A stretch of 64,000 bases of DNA from Candidatus Dormibacteria bacterium (GCA_050998755.1 JBPCPW010000001.1:5343-69342); one strand, 5' to 3'; counted from the first letter of the stretch, positions 34,486 through 44,125 are shown. The notes: generated by a model from the sequence alone, not told the origin. Made by a program: numbers and translations.

Positions 34486-36168
34486 TCAGCCGGGCGGCGG
34501 ATCCCCCGGGGCCACTGCGGTATCCGCGGTGGGTGTGCTCTCCGGGGCTGCCTGCTCCTTCTTGGCGGAGCTGCGGGGTGTGGCCGCCTTGCGGCGGGTG
34601 GTACCGGCCGGCTTTCTCACCGGCGTCTTGCGGACGGGCTTGGCCGCTGGAGTCTTCTCCTCGGCCTCGGCCGCCTCGGGGGTCGGAGTGGCGGTTGCCT
34701 CGACTGTCGCTCCGCCGGTAACCCAGCGGAAGGGTTCGGCCGCGGTGCTGTCGAGGGGCTCCTCGACTGCCGCAACCGTCGCCGTCCTTGCTGGGGCCGG
34801 TGGCGCCGCGGCGGGCTTGGCGGGAGCAGCGACCTGCTCCGGCTCACCGTCGTCTTTAGCCTCGGTCGGCGGGGGGAGAGCCTCCTCGGTGACCGTGCTT
34901 TCAGCTGACGCCGACTGCCGGGCCTCGGTGCTCTCACCGGGGATCAGCCTGGATCCCCGTTCACGCCGCGGCGCGCGGGGGGGCCGGGCCTCCTTGGCTG
35001 CGGGCTTCTCCAGCCCGCTGGTTATCGCGGTCACGGTGGGGTGGTCGGCGACCAGCTCGCCGGTCTCGACCTCTCCTGCGCCGCGCGGGCGGGATGACCG
35101 CTTGAAGATGCCCATCGCTTCCAGCCGCTGCAGCCGGGCGGGGATCTCCTTGCGGGTGGCGCCCATGGCCCCGGCCTTGGAGCGCAGGGTCTCCTCGATC
35201 GTTTTGATCGTGGCATAACCCATGCGGCCGGGTGGCATGAGGTGGATCTCGCGGATGATATTCCGCTCCACCTCGTCGGGCTCCGTGCCGGGTGTGACGG
35301 CGGGCATCTCATCGGCCTGGCGGCCGCGAGAGGTTCCGCCCCCGCGCGAAGACACTGCTCCGCGACGTGATGGGGCGGCTTCTGCCCGTGCCGGTCCGGC
35401 ACCCTGCGAGCGTGAAGGCGTACGCACTTCGCTGGCACGCATGCGTCGTGGAGCCAGTGGGGTGGGCGGTGCTACCGGCGCCGGTGCGCTGGCGGCAGGC
35501 CGTCCCGGCTGTGGGGTGGCGCCCTGTGGCGGCTTGCGGCGGAAGAGTCCACCGAATAGCCCCCCTCTGCTCTTCTGCGGTGCCTCAGCGGCAGCCCCAG
35601 CCTGGGCTTCGAGGTCGGCGCGGGTCACCAGTGGCCGGGTCATAGGCCCGAGCTCGCCGGTGAGGTCGACATCCTGGCGGGTGATTGGATCACGCGCGTC
35701 GGCAGCGTTCATCAGGTCCAGCGAGGTGCTGGTTGACTGGACACCGCTGATGATGACCCGCCGCCCGAAACGGCGGCGCAGGGTGGCGACCATGCGAACG
35801 AAATCGGCGTCCCCGGTCATCAGGACAAAGGTGTCGATGTCCTCGTGGTCGATGGCCTCGAGGAACATGTCGATCACCATGTGCATGTCGGCAGAACTCT
35901 GCCGGCGACCTCCACTGATCTTGCTCGGGGCATGGATTGGCTCGATGCCCGCTGCGAAGAGCAGCTTGTCCTGGAACTCTTTGGGATGCCCTGTGAAGTC
36001 CGCGTAGGCCTTGGCCGAAACCACCCGGCCGAACTTGCTGGCCTTGCCCATCAGCTTTTGCGGATGAATCTCGGCGTTACGGCTGGTGGAGCTGAAATGC
36101 TGGCGGATGCCTATGCGGATGTTGTCAAAGTCGATGAATAAAGCGACTTTTCCTGTGTTCTCTGGCAA
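34486..36168 (-). CDS. NYN (LabA-like) domain + OST-HTH/LOTUS-like protein with ~330-aa low-complexity basic tail
   Basis: ALFIDFDNIR…VLMTGDADFVRMV NYN signature; mid-region HTH-like segment; C-terminal Pro/Ala/Thr/Lys-rich disorder; TTG 36168 with GGAGA SD; upstream part of ORF (to 36663) rejected. Confidence 0.65.
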   Translation of the reverse strand: MPENTGKVALFIDFDNIRIGIRQHFSSTSRNAEIHPQKLMGKASKFGRVVSAKAYADFTGHPKEFQDKLLFAAGIEPIHAPSKISGGRRQSSADMHMVIDMFLEAIDHEDIDTFVLMTGDADFVRMVATLRRRFGRRVIISGVQSTSTSLDLMNAADARDPITRQDVDLTGELGPMTRPLVTRADLEAQAGAAAEAPQKSRGGLFGGLFRRKPPQGATPQPGRPAASAPAPVAPPTPLAPRRMRASEVRTPSRSQGAGPARAEAAPSRRGAVSSRGGGTSRGRQADEMPAVTPGTEPDEVERNIIREIHLMPPGRMGYATIKTIEETLRSKAGAMGATRKEIPARLQRLEAMGIFKRSSRPRGAGEVETGELVADHPTVTAITSGLEKPAAKEARPPRAPRRERGSRLIPGESTEARQSASAESTVTEEALPPPTEAKDDGEPEQVAAPAKPAAAPPAPARTATVAAVEEPLDSTAAEPFRWVTGGATVEATATPTPEAAEAEEKTPAAKPVRKTPVRKPAGTTRRKAATPRSSAKKEQAAPESTPTADTAVAPGDPPPG

Positions 36169-36211
36169 AAAGGTTTGTCTCCTGTCGTTTTTTGAAAGAC
36201 CCCGTGAGGTC

Positions 36212-36288
36212 CGCGGCCGAAGGGCCGCGTCGAATTGGGGTACGCAGGGCGGACCCCCACGTAAGGCGGTCCACCGATGGTGGCCGCC
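36212..36288. other. two strong hairpins in divergent intergenic region (NYN gene / acyl-CoA synthetase gene)
   Basis: CGCGGCC-gaag-GGCCGCG (36212-36229) and GGCGGtCCACC-gat-GGTGGCCGCC (36265-36288). Confidence 0.4.
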
Positions 36289-36387
36289 CGACAGGCGCGA
36301 GTATGGAGTTGGAAAGGTACTGGGCCGAGTATAGGATGCGGCGGGATCCCGGCTACAGAGGTGGCGGCATCGGCGAAGATTGCAGCC

Positions 36388-38325
36388 GTGGCTGAGCAAG
36401 CGTCCTGGTCGCCGTCCCCGGAACAGATGGCGGGCACGCGCATGACCTCGCTGATGCGCCGGCTGGGGGCCACCGACTACCTCGACCTGGTGCGAATCGG
36501 CGCGACCGAGACCGACCGCTTCTGGAAGGAGGCGGTGGAGGACATCGGCATCGAGTGGTACGAGCCATACACCGAGGTGCGCGACAGCTCGAGGGGCATC
36601 GAGTGGACCACCTGGTTCACCGGGGGCAAGATGAACCTGGTCCACAACTGCATCGACAAGCACGTGCGCGACCGGCCCGACCAGGTGGCGTTGATCAGCG
36701 AGTACGAGGATGGCAGCACCCGGGAGTTCACGTACGCCGAGGTCGACCGCGAGGTCTGCCGGCTGGCCGGCGCCATGCGCGCGCTGGGGGTGGGCAGGGG
36801 AGACTCGGTCGGGTTGTTCCTGCCCATGATCCCGGAGGTGGTGTTCAGCCTGCTGGCGGTGGCCAAGCTGGGAGCCATCTTCATCCCCCTGTTCTCGGGG
36901 TACGGTGCGGAGGCCGTGGCCGTTCGTCTACGGGACGCCGATGCTCGCCTGCTGGTCACCGCCGACGGATTCATGCGACGGGGTTCGGTGGTCCCGATGA
37001 AGCAGGTTGCCGACGCCGCGTGTGACCTGGCGCCGTGTGTCCAGCACCAGCTCGTGGTCCACCGCGCCGGGCTGGACGTCCCCTGGAAGGAGGGCCGTGA
37101 CCGCTGGTACACCGATGAGGTTGATGGCCGCCCGGGCCACCTCCCCACCGAGATCATGGAAGCCGAGGACCCGGTGATGCTGATCTACACATCTGGTACG
37201 ACGGGGAAGCCCAAGGGTTGCGTCCACGTGCACTGCGGGTTCCCCGTCAAGGGCGCGCAGGACATGGCGCACTGCATGGACTTTGGCAGCTCTGACCGCA
37301 TGTTCTGGGTCACCGACATCGGCTGGATGATGGGGCCCTGGGAGATCATGAGTTGCCTGGCGCTGGGAGGCAGCTTGGTGACCTACGAGGGGTCCCCCGA
37401 CCACCCCGGGCCCGACCGCGTCTGGGACCTTGTCGAGCGCCACCGGGTCACCCACCTGGGGATCTCCCCGACCCTCATCCGGGCCCTGATGCGCCACGGC
37501 GAGGAACCCGTCCGCAAACATGACCTATCCACACTTAGGATGATCGGCTCCACCGGCGAGCCGTGGAACCCGGATCCCTGGAAGTGGTGCTTCAACAACG
37601 TCGGGGGCGGTCGCATCCCGCTGCTGAACTACTCGGGCGGCACCGAGATCTCCGGTGGCATCCTGGGCGGCAATTTCCACACCGACTGCAAGCCGTGCGC
37701 GTTCAGCGGCCCGGTGCCCGGGATGGCCGTCGACGTGATCGACGGCGATGGGCGGGCGGTCCGCGGGGAGGTGGGCGAGCTGGTCATCCGGACGCCCTGG
37801 CCCGGGATGACCAGGGGATTCTGGAAGGACCCCGACCGCTACCTGGAAACCTACTGGTCGCGCTGGCCCGGGACCTGGTATCACGGCGACTTTGCGATGG
37901 TCGATGCCGACGACGGTCTGTGGTACATCCTGGGGCGCTCCGACGACACCATCAAGGTGGCCGGCAAGCGCGTCGGCCCGGCCGAGGTGGAGTCCGCCCT
38001 GGTGGCCCACCCGGCGGTGCTGGAGGCTGCGGCAATTGGCGTGCCGGATGCGCTCAAGGGTGAGGCCCTGGTGGCCTTTGTCATTCTGCGCCCCGGCCAC
38101 GAGGCCTCCCCCGCGCTGTCGGAGGCACTCCGGGGCCAGGTGGCTTCGCAGCTGGGTAAGTCGCTTCGCCCCAAGGCCGTCCACGTCGTGCCGGACCTAC
38201 CTCGGACGCGCAATGCCAAGATCATGCGGCGCGTTATCCGGGCGACCTACATCGGCGAGCCGGTGGGCGACCTCACCTCCCTCGATAACCCGGCGGCAGT
38301 GGATGCCGTGGCGGCGCTGCGCTGA
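36388..38325 (+). CDS. AMP-forming acetyl/acyl-CoA synthetase (Acs-like)
   Basis: N-terminal Acs-like region (…WFTGGKMNLVHNCIDKHV…), YTSGTTGKPKG, …RTPWPGMTRGFW…; start GTG 36388 or ATG 36427. Confidence 0.8.
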   Translation: MAEQASWSPSPEQMAGTRMTSLMRRLGATDYLDLVRIGATETDRFWKEAVEDIGIEWYEPYTEVRDSSRGIEWTTWFTGGKMNLVHNCIDKHVRDRPDQVALISEYEDGSTREFTYAEVDREVCRLAGAMRALGVGRGDSVGLFLPMIPEVVFSLLAVAKLGAIFIPLFSGYGAEAVAVRLRDADARLLVTADGFMRRGSVVPMKQVADAACDLAPCVQHQLVVHRAGLDVPWKEGRDRWYTDEVDGRPGHLPTEIMEAEDPVMLIYTSGTTGKPKGCVHVHCGFPVKGAQDMAHCMDFGSSDRMFWVTDIGWMMGPWEIMSCLALGGSLVTYEGSPDHPGPDRVWDLVERHRVTHLGISPTLIRALMRHGEEPVRKHDLSTLRMIGSTGEPWNPDPWKWCFNNVGGGRIPLLNYSGGTEISGGILGGNFHTDCKPCAFSGPVPGMAVDVIDGDGRAVRGEVGELVIRTPWPGMTRGFWKDPDRYLETYWSRWPGTWYHGDFAMVDADDGLWYILGRSDDTIKVAGKRVGPAEVESALVAHPAVLEAAAIGVPDALKGEALVAFVILRPGHEASPALSEALRGQVASQLGKSLRPKAVHVVPDLPRTRNAKIMRRVIRATYIGEPVGDLTSLDNPAAVDAVAALR

Positions 38326-39872
38326 TGGCGCGCGACGCGAAAGCCGGGACGGGCGGCGGAAAGACCTCAGCGCGCCAGCGGACCAGGAGCGCGATCGCGC
38401 AGGGTCGGCCGTCAGCAGATGTCGCCGACGATGTCGTGAGCCTTACGGGCAAGCACATCCCCCTGGCGTCCGATGCCGGCTCAGCCCTCTCGCGCGCGGC
38501 ATTTGGTCTATTGGGGCGCGCGATCCCCGACGAACTGGTCCGCGAGGTGGTGACCCACAGCGCACCCATGGCCCGCCTCAGTGGGCGAACCAACGCGGGC
38601 GCGGCCGCATTCTCGCGGGCGCTGAAGATGCTGGCGCAACCACCCACCGCTCGCCAGCCGGTTCGCGAGGATATGACGCTTGACGAGATCGCCCGGCGCC
38701 TCGGACGCTCCCGCACACCCGTCGCCGGATGGGCCGCCGACGGCCTGCTGGGTGAGCCGGTTACGACGACGCCGCGGGTTCGGAGGTGGGGCCGCGACGG
38801 GTTGGAGCGAGCGCGGCTGGTGGACTACCTGCTGCGACACGGCGTCGCCAAACAGGAACTGGTCGAGGCGGCACGCACCAACCAGCTGCCTCTTCTGGTC
38901 CTCAGCGAGACGCTGGCGGGGCGGGCCACCGTGACTCGCAAGCAGATGGCGCGCCATGCCGGGGTGCCGGTGGAGCTGGTCGATGCCCTGACGCAGTCGC
39001 TCGGAGTGGCCAGCGGCCATGAGGACGAGGCCGTCTATACCGATCGCGAGGTCCAGGCCATCCGCCTCCTCGGCGCCCTGCGTTCGGTCTACAGCGACGA
39101 CGACCTGGTCGAGGTGGCCTCGGTTGTCGGGCGCGCGGTGCACGAGATCGCGGAGGCGGCGCTGGAGCTGTTTCGGCGCCGTTTCGCAAAGCCCTTCGCG
39201 GACGCGGGCGCGGGGGAGTTGGAGATGATGCTGCGGCTGGCTACGGTCATCGACCTCACCGTCCCGACCACCGGGCCGATGCTCGAACTGGTGCTGCGGC
39301 GGCAGCTGGAGGTGACCAGCCGGTCCGAGGCCGTGATGCAGATGGAAGGCATCGGCGGCTCCCTCGGCGGCCAGGTTGAACTGGCCGTGGGGTTCGCGGA
39401 TATCGTCGGCTTCACGGCGGCCTCCGCCCGGCTCAACGCGCTCGAGGTCTCGCAGCTCGCCGCCCGCCTGTTGCGCGCCGCCGAGGTGGCCTTCCCGCAG
39501 CACGGGACGCGGGTTGTGAAGACCATTGGAGATGCGGTCATGTTCACCGCGCCGGATGCCGCCAGCGCAGCCCGCGCCGCGGGCGACCTGTTGCGTGGCT
39601 GGCAGAGGGATGGCGAGGGTCTGCCGCTGCGTGTGGGGATCGCCCAGGGGCCGATGCTGCGAGCGTACGCCGACTACTTCGGCCGCACGGTCAACATCGC
39701 CTCGCGCCTTGCGGACATCGCCCCGGCCGGCGGCATCTACCTGCAGAAACCAAAGCCGGCCGTCAGGGCGGCGACCTGGAAGGCGGCACGCCTGCGCGCT
39801 GCTGACGGCGGCGAGCGATCGCTCAAGGGCGTGAAGGGCAAGGTTGCGGTGATCGAGCTGCAACCGGCTTAG
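38325..39872 (+). CDS. class III adenylate/guanylate cyclase with N-terminal MerR-type HTH region
   Basis: MerR-like HTH (MTLDEIARRLGRSRTPVAGWAADGLL…RRWGRDGLERARLVDYL) + CHD (FADIVGFT…KTIGDAVMF…GRTVNIASRL); TGATG overlap with upstream gene. Confidence 0.7.
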   Translation: MARDAKAGTGGGKTSARQRTRSAIAQGRPSADVADDVVSLTGKHIPLASDAGSALSRAAFGLLGRAIPDELVREVVTHSAPMARLSGRTNAGAAAFSRALKMLAQPPTARQPVREDMTLDEIARRLGRSRTPVAGWAADGLLGEPVTTTPRVRRWGRDGLERARLVDYLLRHGVAKQELVEAARTNQLPLLVLSETLAGRATVTRKQMARHAGVPVELVDALTQSLGVASGHEDEAVYTDREVQAIRLLGALRSVYSDDDLVEVASVVGRAVHEIAEAALELFRRRFAKPFADAGAGELEMMLRLATVIDLTVPTTGPMLELVLRRQLEVTSRSEAVMQMEGIGGSLGGQVELAVGFADIVGFTAASARLNALEVSQLAARLLRAAEVAFPQHGTRVVKTIGDAVMFTAPDAASAARAAGDLLRGWQRDGEGLPLRVGIAQGPMLRAYADYFGRTVNIASRLADIAPAGGIYLQKPKPAVRAATWKAARLRAADGGERSLKGVKGKVAVIELQPA

Positions 39873-39928
39873 TAGACTCACCTCCCCGACGGTGTAAGGC
39901 TGCGGGCTAGAGGAGGACCTTCACACAC

Positions 39929-40360
39929 ATGGCTCTCAAGGCATTCAGTGACGAGTGGGCGAACGCCTACAAGGACGAGATCAACAAGAGCGCGGTGTAC
40001 AAGCAGGCCGCGGCGGGGTGGGAGGGTAGCGTCGGCCTGGTGGTCGAGGCCGAGCCCGAGAAGAACTTCCCCGAGGACCGCGGGGTCTTCATGGATCTCT
40101 GGCACGGGGAGGCCCGCGACGTCAGGGTGGGCAGCCGCGCGGACGCCGAGGCCGCCGACTTCGTCATCACCGGGCCGTACTCGCGGTGGAAGCAGGTGGC
40201 GCAGAAGGAGCTCGACTCCACCAAGGCGATGATGCAGGGCAAACTCAAGTTGAAGGGCGACCTGCCGACAATCGTTCGCTACACCAAGGCCAGCCAGGAG
40301 ATGACCGAGTGCACCACCCGCATCGAGGTGGAGTACCCCGACGAGGTTGCCCCGGGCTGA
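39929..40360 (+). CDS. SCP-2 sterol-transfer family protein
   Basis: 143 aa; SCP2 fold signature …MMQGKLKLKGDLPTIVRY…. Confidence 0.7.
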   Translation: MALKAFSDEWANAYKDEINKSAVYKQAAAGWEGSVGLVVEAEPEKNFPEDRGVFMDLWHGEARDVRVGSRADAEAADFVITGPYSRWKQVAQKELDSTKAMMQGKLKLKGDLPTIVRYTKASQEMTECTTRIEVEYPDEVAPG

Positions 40361-40361
40361 C

Positions 40362-40802
40362 GTGGAGACCACCACCGCGCCGGCGGTGGTCTACCCCGAC
40401 GGCGAGGAGGAGGCCAGCGCGATGGCCGCCATGCTGGCGGGGCTGATCACCGCAAACGTCGAGCAGCACCCTGAGCGCTGGAAGGACTTCCGCGCCCTCA
40501 GCGGCACCAGCGTGTCGATCGAGGTGCCGGACATCGATGAGGCGCTGACGCTGACCTTTGCGGGTGATGACCTGGTGGTGCGCAACGGGCGCCAGGGTCG
40601 CCCCGCGGTGAGCATCACCGCCGATTCCGACGTGGTCATGGCCCTGAACCTGGTGAAAACCGGCCCGATGGGCATGCCGAATTACTTTGACGCAGCCGGG
40701 CGCGACGTTGTCAAGGCCCTGCTCAATCGCAAGCTGCGCATCGGAGGGATGTGGCGGGTGGACACCCTGAACCGCGTCACCCGCCTCTTCTCGGTAGCCT
40801 GA
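40362..40802 (+). CDS. SCP-2-like domain protein (second paralog)
   Basis: …VVMALNLVKTGPMGMPNYFDAAGRDVVKALLNRKLRIGG…; start GTG 40362 (or TTG 40347). Confidence 0.55.
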   Translation: METTTAPAVVYPDGEEEASAMAAMLAGLITANVEQHPERWKDFRALSGTSVSIEVPDIDEALTLTFAGDDLVVRNGRQGRPAVSITADSDVVMALNLVKTGPMGMPNYFDAAGRDVVKALLNRKLRIGGMWRVDTLNRVTRLFSVA

Positions 40803-41626
40803 GTAACGAGGCGCTGCCCAAGGACAACGCAGTCCACTACGGCGCGGACGCGGCGCGCTGGTACGACGCGGTCAACAGCTGGCGCACCGAGGACATCCCC
40901 TTCTACATCCGGGAGGCCCAGACCTGGGCCGGCCCGGGCGGCTCGGCCCTGGAGCTGGCCGCCGGGAATGGCCGGGTGACCCTGCATATGGCTTCGGCGG
41001 GGTTCCGCGTCACCGCTCTCGAGAGCTCTCCCGAAATGGTCGAGGGGCTGAAATTGAAGCTGCAGGACGCCGGCGTTGAGGTGCGCGACCGGGTGGAGGT
41101 GGTCCAGGGGGATATGCGGCGCTTCGAGTTGGACCGCCTGTTCCGCTTTATCTACCTGCCCTTCAACACCCTGCTTATGCTCACCCAGCCCTTTGAGCGG
41201 CAGAAGATGCTGGACCGGGTTCGTGAGCACCTGGCGCCCAGCGGGGCATTCGCCTTCGACATCTTCACTCCCGACCCCGCAAAGCTGTCCGATCCGCCGG
41301 CATGGGCGATGGAGCTGGATTTCGAGGTGGCCGATCCAGAGCACGGCACGGTGCGCGTGCAGCGCGAACGGCTGAGCACCACCGACCTGGGGCGCCAGGT
41401 ACGGCAGTTCCGCTTCCGCAACCGAATCCTGCGCGGCGCGGACCAGGTGGGCGGGTGGGAGGACGAGTTGGAGATCGCGATGGTCTACCCGCGCGAGCTG
41501 GAGCTGATCCTGGAGCGCCAGGGATTCCGCATCGTCAGCCGCCATGGGGGCCCGAACCGCGAGCCCTATGCGCCCACCCTGGCCGACGTCCAGCCGATGT
41601 ACGTGGTCGCCCAACTGGTTCCCTGA
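40751..41626 (+). CDS. class I SAM-dependent methyltransferase
   Basis: Motif I ALELAAGNGRV, motif post-I …FRVTALE…, …FRFIYLPFNTLLML…; only in-frame start preserving motif I is GTG 40751 (52-nt overlap with upstream gene). Confidence 0.65.
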   Translation: MAGGHPEPRHPPLLGSLSNEALPKDNAVHYGADAARWYDAVNSWRTEDIPFYIREAQTWAGPGGSALELAAGNGRVTLHMASAGFRVTALESSPEMVEGLKLKLQDAGVEVRDRVEVVQGDMRRFELDRLFRFIYLPFNTLLMLTQPFERQKMLDRVREHLAPSGAFAFDIFTPDPAKLSDPPAWAMELDFEVADPEHGTVRVQRERLSTTDLGRQVRQFRFRNRILRGADQVGGWEDELEIAMVYPRELELILERQGFRIVSRHGGPNREPYAPTLADVQPMYVVAQLVP

Positions 41627-41743
41627 CCTCACGTTTCGCCGGCGCGCGGCGTCCGGAATAGCGATGGTCGTGGCAGGCGTTGCAAGAGGTGCCGTGGTCG
41701 AGCTCCTCTGCGCCCCAACCAGCAACCCGGCGGCCCGGGTCTG

Positions 41744-42721
41744 ATGCGCCTGACATCCCGCCGGCCGTCCCTGGGTCTGACCACGCTGGTGGCGCTGGGA
41801 ACGCTCTACGTTCTCTGGGGTTCAACCTACCTTGCGATCCGCATCGGCATCGCGACCATCCCGCCATTGCTGATGGCCGCGGTCCGGTTCCTCTGTGCCG
41901 GGGGGCTGATGTACCTGTTGGCACTGAAGCGCGGCCACCTCCGCGACGCAGCGCCGTCGGGCCGCCAGTGGCTCGCGACGCTGGTGATCGGCGGCCTCCT
42001 GCTGGGAGTCGGCAACGGAGGTGTGACGTGGGGCGAGCAATTCATCGCCTCGGGGGTCGCAGCCCTTCTGGTGGCCACGGTGCCGGTGTGGATGGCCCTC
42101 CTGGCGCACCTCACCGGCCAGGAGCGGTTGAGCCGCCTGGTGGGTGCGGGCCTGGTGCTGGGCATCGCCGGCGTGGTCCTCGTGGCCCATCCCTGGTCGG
42201 GCAGCTTTGGCCAGGTCAAGGGCGTCGTCGTGGTCCTCCTGGCGGCCTTCGGTTGGGCGTGCGGGTCGCTCTACGCGCGCCGCGCGGCGCTGCCGAAGAG
42301 CGCGATCCTGGGGACCGGGATGGAGATGCTCTGTGGCGGGCTGGTGCTGCTTGTGGCAGCAACGCTGGACGGCGAGTTGGGACGGGTCCACCCGGAGCAC
42401 TTCTCCCTGGCGTCGGTGCTGGCCGTGCTCTATCTGGTGGTGTTCGGCTCGATCATCGCCTTCAGCGCCTACGTCTGGCTGTTGAACCATGTCAGTGCGG
42501 CCCTGGCCGGGACCTATGCCTTCGTCAACCCCGCGGTCGCGGTGTTTCTGGGGGCGCTCGTCGCCCACGAGTCGCTCACCGCCTCGGTGCTGGTGGGCGG
42601 TGCGGTGATCATCGGCGGTGTGGCGCTGTTGGTCGCCGGTCGATCCGTCACCTCACGCCGGGAACGCAGATCTCAGAGCTTCCTGGGATCCTCCGCAGGG
42701 GTCACGCCGCCGTCGGTGTAG
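41744..42721 (+). CDS. EamA/DMT-superfamily transporter
   Basis: 10 TM, duplicated EamA domains (…TYLAIRIGIATIPPLLMAAVRF…). Confidence 0.8.
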   Translation: MRLTSRRPSLGLTTLVALGTLYVLWGSTYLAIRIGIATIPPLLMAAVRFLCAGGLMYLLALKRGHLRDAAPSGRQWLATLVIGGLLLGVGNGGVTWGEQFIASGVAALLVATVPVWMALLAHLTGQERLSRLVGAGLVLGIAGVVLVAHPWSGSFGQVKGVVVVLLAAFGWACGSLYARRAALPKSAILGTGMEMLCGGLVLLVAATLDGELGRVHPEHFSLASVLAVLYLVVFGSIIAFSAYVWLLNHVSAALAGTYAFVNPAVAVFLGALVAHESLTASVLVGGAVIIGGVALLVAGRSVTSRRERRSQSFLGSSAGVTPPSV

Positions 42722-43578
42722 TCATAGAACCCGACGCCGGTCTTGCGGCCCAGACGGTTCTCCTCAACCATCCGGCGCAGGAATTCGGCCGGGCGGTCGT
42801 GCTCGTCGCCTGATCCCTCGAACTTCTCCCGGCGGGCGTTGTAGGTGATGTCCACTCCGCTGAAATCGGCCAGCTTGAACGGTCCCATCGGCCAGTTCAA
42901 ACCCTTCTCAACCGCCAGGTCGATATCCGCGAAATCGGCGTAACCGCCCGCATAAAGCCGCATCGCCTCCTGCGAGGCGGCATGGAGGATGCGGTTGACG
43001 ATGAACCCGTCGATCTCCTTCTCCAGCAGCACCGGAACTCGCCCGATGCGACGGATCAATTCCATTGTCGTCTGGACTGTCTCGTTGGAGGTGGCCGGGC
43101 CGCGGCCCACCTCGCACAGTTGCATCACCAGCACGGGATGGAAGAAATGGGTGTTGACGCAGCGATCGGGCCGCTTGGTGGCGTCCGCCAGTTTGCTGAT
43201 GGGGATGGTGGAGGAGTTGGTGGCCAGGATGGTCCGCCCCGGCACGGCGCCGTCCAGCCGCGCGAAGAGTTCCCGCTTGGGCTGAAGCCTCTCGACGATC
43301 GCCTCGAAAACGAAGTCCGCCTGGCCTGCCGCCTCTTCAAGGACCGTCGTGGTGCGGACCCGTTTGAGCGCGGCGGCGGCCTCGTCGCCGGTCATCTGCC
43401 CCTTGTCGACGCGGCGCATGATCAGGCGCCGGTTGCTCTCGACCGCCTTTTTCAACTGCTCATCTGAGACGTCGGTGAGCCAGACGTCATAGTCGCCCAG
43501 CGCCGACTGCTGGGCGATCTGGGCGCCCATCGTCCCCGAACCAACCACGCAGATCGTCCTGATGTCCTCGATGCCCAA
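42673..43578 (-). CDS. 3-hydroxyacyl-CoA (3-hydroxybutyryl-CoA) dehydrogenase
   Basis: ICVVGSGTMGAQIA Rossmann motif + 3HCDH C-terminal domain; TTG 43578 8 nt after GGAGGAGG; convergent 49-nt overlap with EamA gene. Confidence 0.8.
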   Translation of the reverse strand: MGIEDIRTICVVGSGTMGAQIAQQSALGDYDVWLTDVSDEQLKKAVESNRRLIMRRVDKGQMTGDEAAAALKRVRTTTVLEEAAGQADFVFEAIVERLQPKRELFARLDGAVPGRTILATNSSTIPISKLADATKRPDRCVNTHFFHPVLVMQLCEVGRGPATSNETVQTTMELIRRIGRVPVLLEKEIDGFIVNRILHAASQEAMRLYAGGYADFADIDLAVEKGLNWPMGPFKLADFSGVDITYNARREKFEGSGDEHDRPAEFLRRMVEENRLGRKTGVGFYDYTDGGVTPAEDPRKL

Positions 43579-43700
43579 TGTGCGCGCCTCCTCCGCCGCC
43601 GGCCTGGTGCCGCAAGAGGATAGCGGCGAGGCGCCCCACGCGGCGGGCATCCGGTCTAAGCTGGAAAAGACCCAGACACAAGCCTGAAAGGAGTATGAAC

Positions 43701-44102
43701 ATGGCCGGTCCTGCAGTAGTTGATCGGGCTCGTCCGCAAGGACGGCCGTTTACCCAGAACACCGCCGACGACATCCCCGCGATTCTGGGGATCATGGGCA
43801 TCCTGCACTCCCAGCCGTTGGCCGGGGCCTTTAATCGACTGCTCGTGGGGAAGGTTGACGGCGATGAGGCGATCTCCCTGGCCCACTTCTTCGAGGAGGT
43901 CGCGGTGCTGGTCAACCACCGCCGCGTCGCCGAGGACCTGGTCTTCGACATGCTGGCGCTCGACCTCTACTGGGACAAGCTCTCGAGCGCGGTCGGCCGC
44001 GCCCGCAGGTCGGGTGGGAACCCGAAGTTCGCCGAGAACTTCGAGTTGGTGGCGCAGTCGGCGGGGGAATACCGGCAGCAGAAGCCCTCGAAACTGACCT
44101 AG
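43701..44102 (+). CDS. hypothetical protein (133 aa)
   Basis: ATG 7 nt after AAAGGAG; coding-like; no family recognised. Confidence 0.5.
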   Translation: MAGPAVVDRARPQGRPFTQNTADDIPAILGIMGILHSQPLAGAFNRLLVGKVDGDEAISLAHFFEEVAVLVNHRRVAEDLVFDMLALDLYWDKLSSAVGRARRSGGNPKFAENFELVAQSAGEYRQQKPSKLT

Positions 44103-44125
44103 CCGGGATCCACCGCCCCGCTTCG

